From an uncultured Acidobacteriota bacterium (GTDB lineage Bacteria > Acidobacteriota > Blastocatellia > Pyrinomonadales > Pyrinomonadaceae): a DNA stretch of 64,000 bases. Below are positions 62,790 to 64,000 of this stretch, piece by piece. A program made the position numbers and the translations under genes. Position 1 is the stretch's first letter; every line of letters starts with the position of its first letter. The notes beneath the pieces are model-generated. The model made no database searches, was not told where the DNA came from, and saw only the letters and a list, made by a program, of their open reading frames with translations. Where the stretch lies: contig CAWCZP010000003.1 of NCBI GenBank assembly GCA_963800055.1, positions 218,824 through 282,823 on the forward strand. The letters are read 5' to 3'.

Positions 62790-63080
62790 ATGGATTGCTG
62801 TGGCGTCGACAATATCGAGAACTCGCGAATTGATGATTTGCCGATCACGGTGGAACTTAAAGCGACTACCAATCCAATTCCGCTTTGTTACTGTTTCGGC
62901 TTTGACGAGAATTATATTCGGGAGGAGATTGCGCAGACTGGAACCACCACTGTGCCGCAACGGATTTCTCAGCTCATTCGTGAGGGCTTGTGCGCGTGTG
63001 ATGTGCTCAACCCTTCTGGAACGTGCTGCTTTGGTGCGGTAAACAGGACTGCAACAAGAATAAAGAAAGAAGTCGGTTGA
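62790..63080 (+). CDS. Cys-rich putative metal/Fe-S-binding protein (BFD- or CopZ-zinc-finger-like)
   Basis: 96 aa with 8 Cys in the pairs MDCC, CYC, CAC and TCC (..PLCYCFGF....I.EEI..TG...V...I...I..G.CACDV.NPSGTCC..). Confidence 0.5.
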   Translation: MDCCGVDNIENSRIDDLPITVELKATTNPIPLCYCFGFDENYIREEIAQTGTTTVPQRISQLIREGLCACDVLNPSGTCCFGAVNRTATRIKKEVG

Positions 63081-63087
63081 GCAAGAT

Positions 63088-63441
63088 ATGAAGATCTCAC
63101 GGAGCGCAGTGGCTAGTGGTGTGTCGGTCTTTTCGGCGTTCTTTTCAGTTCTGCCGGTTAGTTGCTGCGTGTTTCCGGTTGCTATTTCGTTTCTCGGTGC
63201 GTCAGGTCTCGCCTTCGCCTCAGCATTAATGCCCTATCGCCCCTACTTCATCGTGCTGACATTCATTTCGTTAGCAACCGCTTTCTATTTCACCTATCGT
63301 CCGCAACGAGATTGTGCGCCGAATGCGGCCTGCGCAATACCGAAAGTTCGAAAAGTGCAAGTGATCGCTTTCTGGGTGGCGACTGCTTTCGTTCTGATCC
63401 TACTGGTGTTCCCTTACCTGATCCCATTCTTGCCGCTTTAG
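63088..63441 (+). CDS. merT: mercuric-ion transport protein MerT homologue
   Basis: 117 aa. TM1 has a vicinal Cys pair (..SVLPVSCCVFPVAISFLGASG..), then ..LMPYRPYFIVLTF.., a loop Cys pair (..RDCAPNAACAIPKVR..) and ..IAFWVATAFVLILLVFPYLIPF.. These are collinear with Tn501/Tn21 MerT as I remember it. Confidence 0.8.
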   Translation: MKISRSAVASGVSVFSAFFSVLPVSCCVFPVAISFLGASGLAFASALMPYRPYFIVLTFISLATAFYFTYRPQRDCAPNAACAIPKVRKVQVIAFWVATAFVLILLVFPYLIPFLPL

Positions 63442-63445
63442 AACG

Positions 63446-64000
63446 ATGAAAAAGTTTCTAATAATCACTCTGGCAATTGCGGTGATGTTCGTGGGTCTTC
63501 TGGCATTATATCTGTACGCAGGAACCACCGTTCCGACTGGACAACAACCTCTCACCCGGCTGAATGACTCTAATTTTTCGTCACTCAAAGATGCCTTTAA
63601 CGAGTCAGCTAACTCGGTCCGCGTTATCGTAATGCTTTCTCCGACTTGACCAGTGTGTTTGCGGGGGGCCTCCGCATTTCAAAAATTATTGGAGGAACAA
63701 CACGGAAGCAGTGTGCGGGTTTTTGTAATTTGGGAACCGGTACTACCATCGGACTTGTTTGCTCCTTCGACTTCGACGCTGAGCCGAATATCTGACGCAA
63801 GAGTTTCTCAATACTGGGACAAGCCACGTGTTGTTTCTCGCTCCATGGGCGAGACGGACGATGACTCGATCGTTTGGGATATCGTCGCCGTTTATCAACC
63901 AGGAAAACTTTGGGAACAGACACCGCCTGAGCCTACTTATTCTGGCGGGCCCGTGGTCGAGGTTATTGACGAAACAAGAAACGCGATCAAACGTGAACTG
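63446..64000 (+). CDS. membrane-anchored thioredoxin-fold protein, second candidate selenoprotein (TGA at 63647-63649 read as Sec); 3' end outside the window
   Basis: TM anchor FLIITLAIAVMFVGLLALYLY; ..ANSVRVIVMLSPT-TGA-PVCLRGASAFQKLL.. The frame stays open from 63650 to the window end (117 codons) and aligns with the paralogue (..VFVIWEPVLPSD.. / ..YSVWVPILMSD..). Confidence 0.65.
63660..63676 (+). promoter_or_regulatory. SECIS-like hairpin downstream of TGA 63647-63649
   Basis: Stem UGCGG (63660-63664) / CCGCA (63672-63676) with loop GGGGCCU beginning 16 nt after the UGA, the same spacing as at the first locus. Confidence 0.5.

Overview
64-kb chromosomal window, probably from an Acidobacteria-type genome. 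That is inferred from a PadR gene next to an ADOP-type permease remnant, a CarboxypepD_reg-type TonB-dependent receptor and a BlaI/BlaR1 pair, and cannot be verified here. Most of the window is housekeeping. A co-directional minus-strand block (1959-13608) holds a yacL-like gene, ispDF and a nucleoside-salvage supercluster: pdp, a BMP-type ABC transporter, punA, udk, cdd and an amidohydrolase. Other content: infA, a small TetR-linked operon, two M16 peptidases, qor, a Phe-rich leader-peptide attenuator ahead of chorismate mutase / prephenate dehydratase / DAHP synthase, blaI-blaR1, tig-clpP-clpX-lon, engB, rho, glgA, purA, tRNA-Leu(TAG), tRNA-Lys(TTT), a large TonB-dependent receptor, and an orphan DNA methyltransferase next to a group II intron. 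The most interesting item is at the 3' end (60770-64000): a mer-like heavy-metal locus with MerR and MerT homologues and a Cys-rich protein. It carries two paralogous membrane-anchored thioredoxin-fold genes, each with an in-frame TGA exactly where the first Cys of a CxxC motif is expected (T-U-G-G-C and T-U-P-V-C). Each TGA is followed at the same distance by a G-rich-loop hairpin, and the two stems differ by a compensatory change. These are candidate selenoproteins in a metal-handling operon. Two window-wide signals stand out. First, a large family of intergenic hairpins is built from short tandem words (CACAAAAG, CACAGATTA, ATTGCCA, CTCTGCG/GCGCAAAG, TAAGACC) placed as inverted arrays. Second, at least about 20 single-base frameshifts interrupt otherwise intact, well-recognisable genes. 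Nearly all that I could resolve by eye are +1 insertions in or next to a short same-base run, so they are most likely sequencing or assembly errors. All product calls come from motif recognition by eye; no database search was possible.
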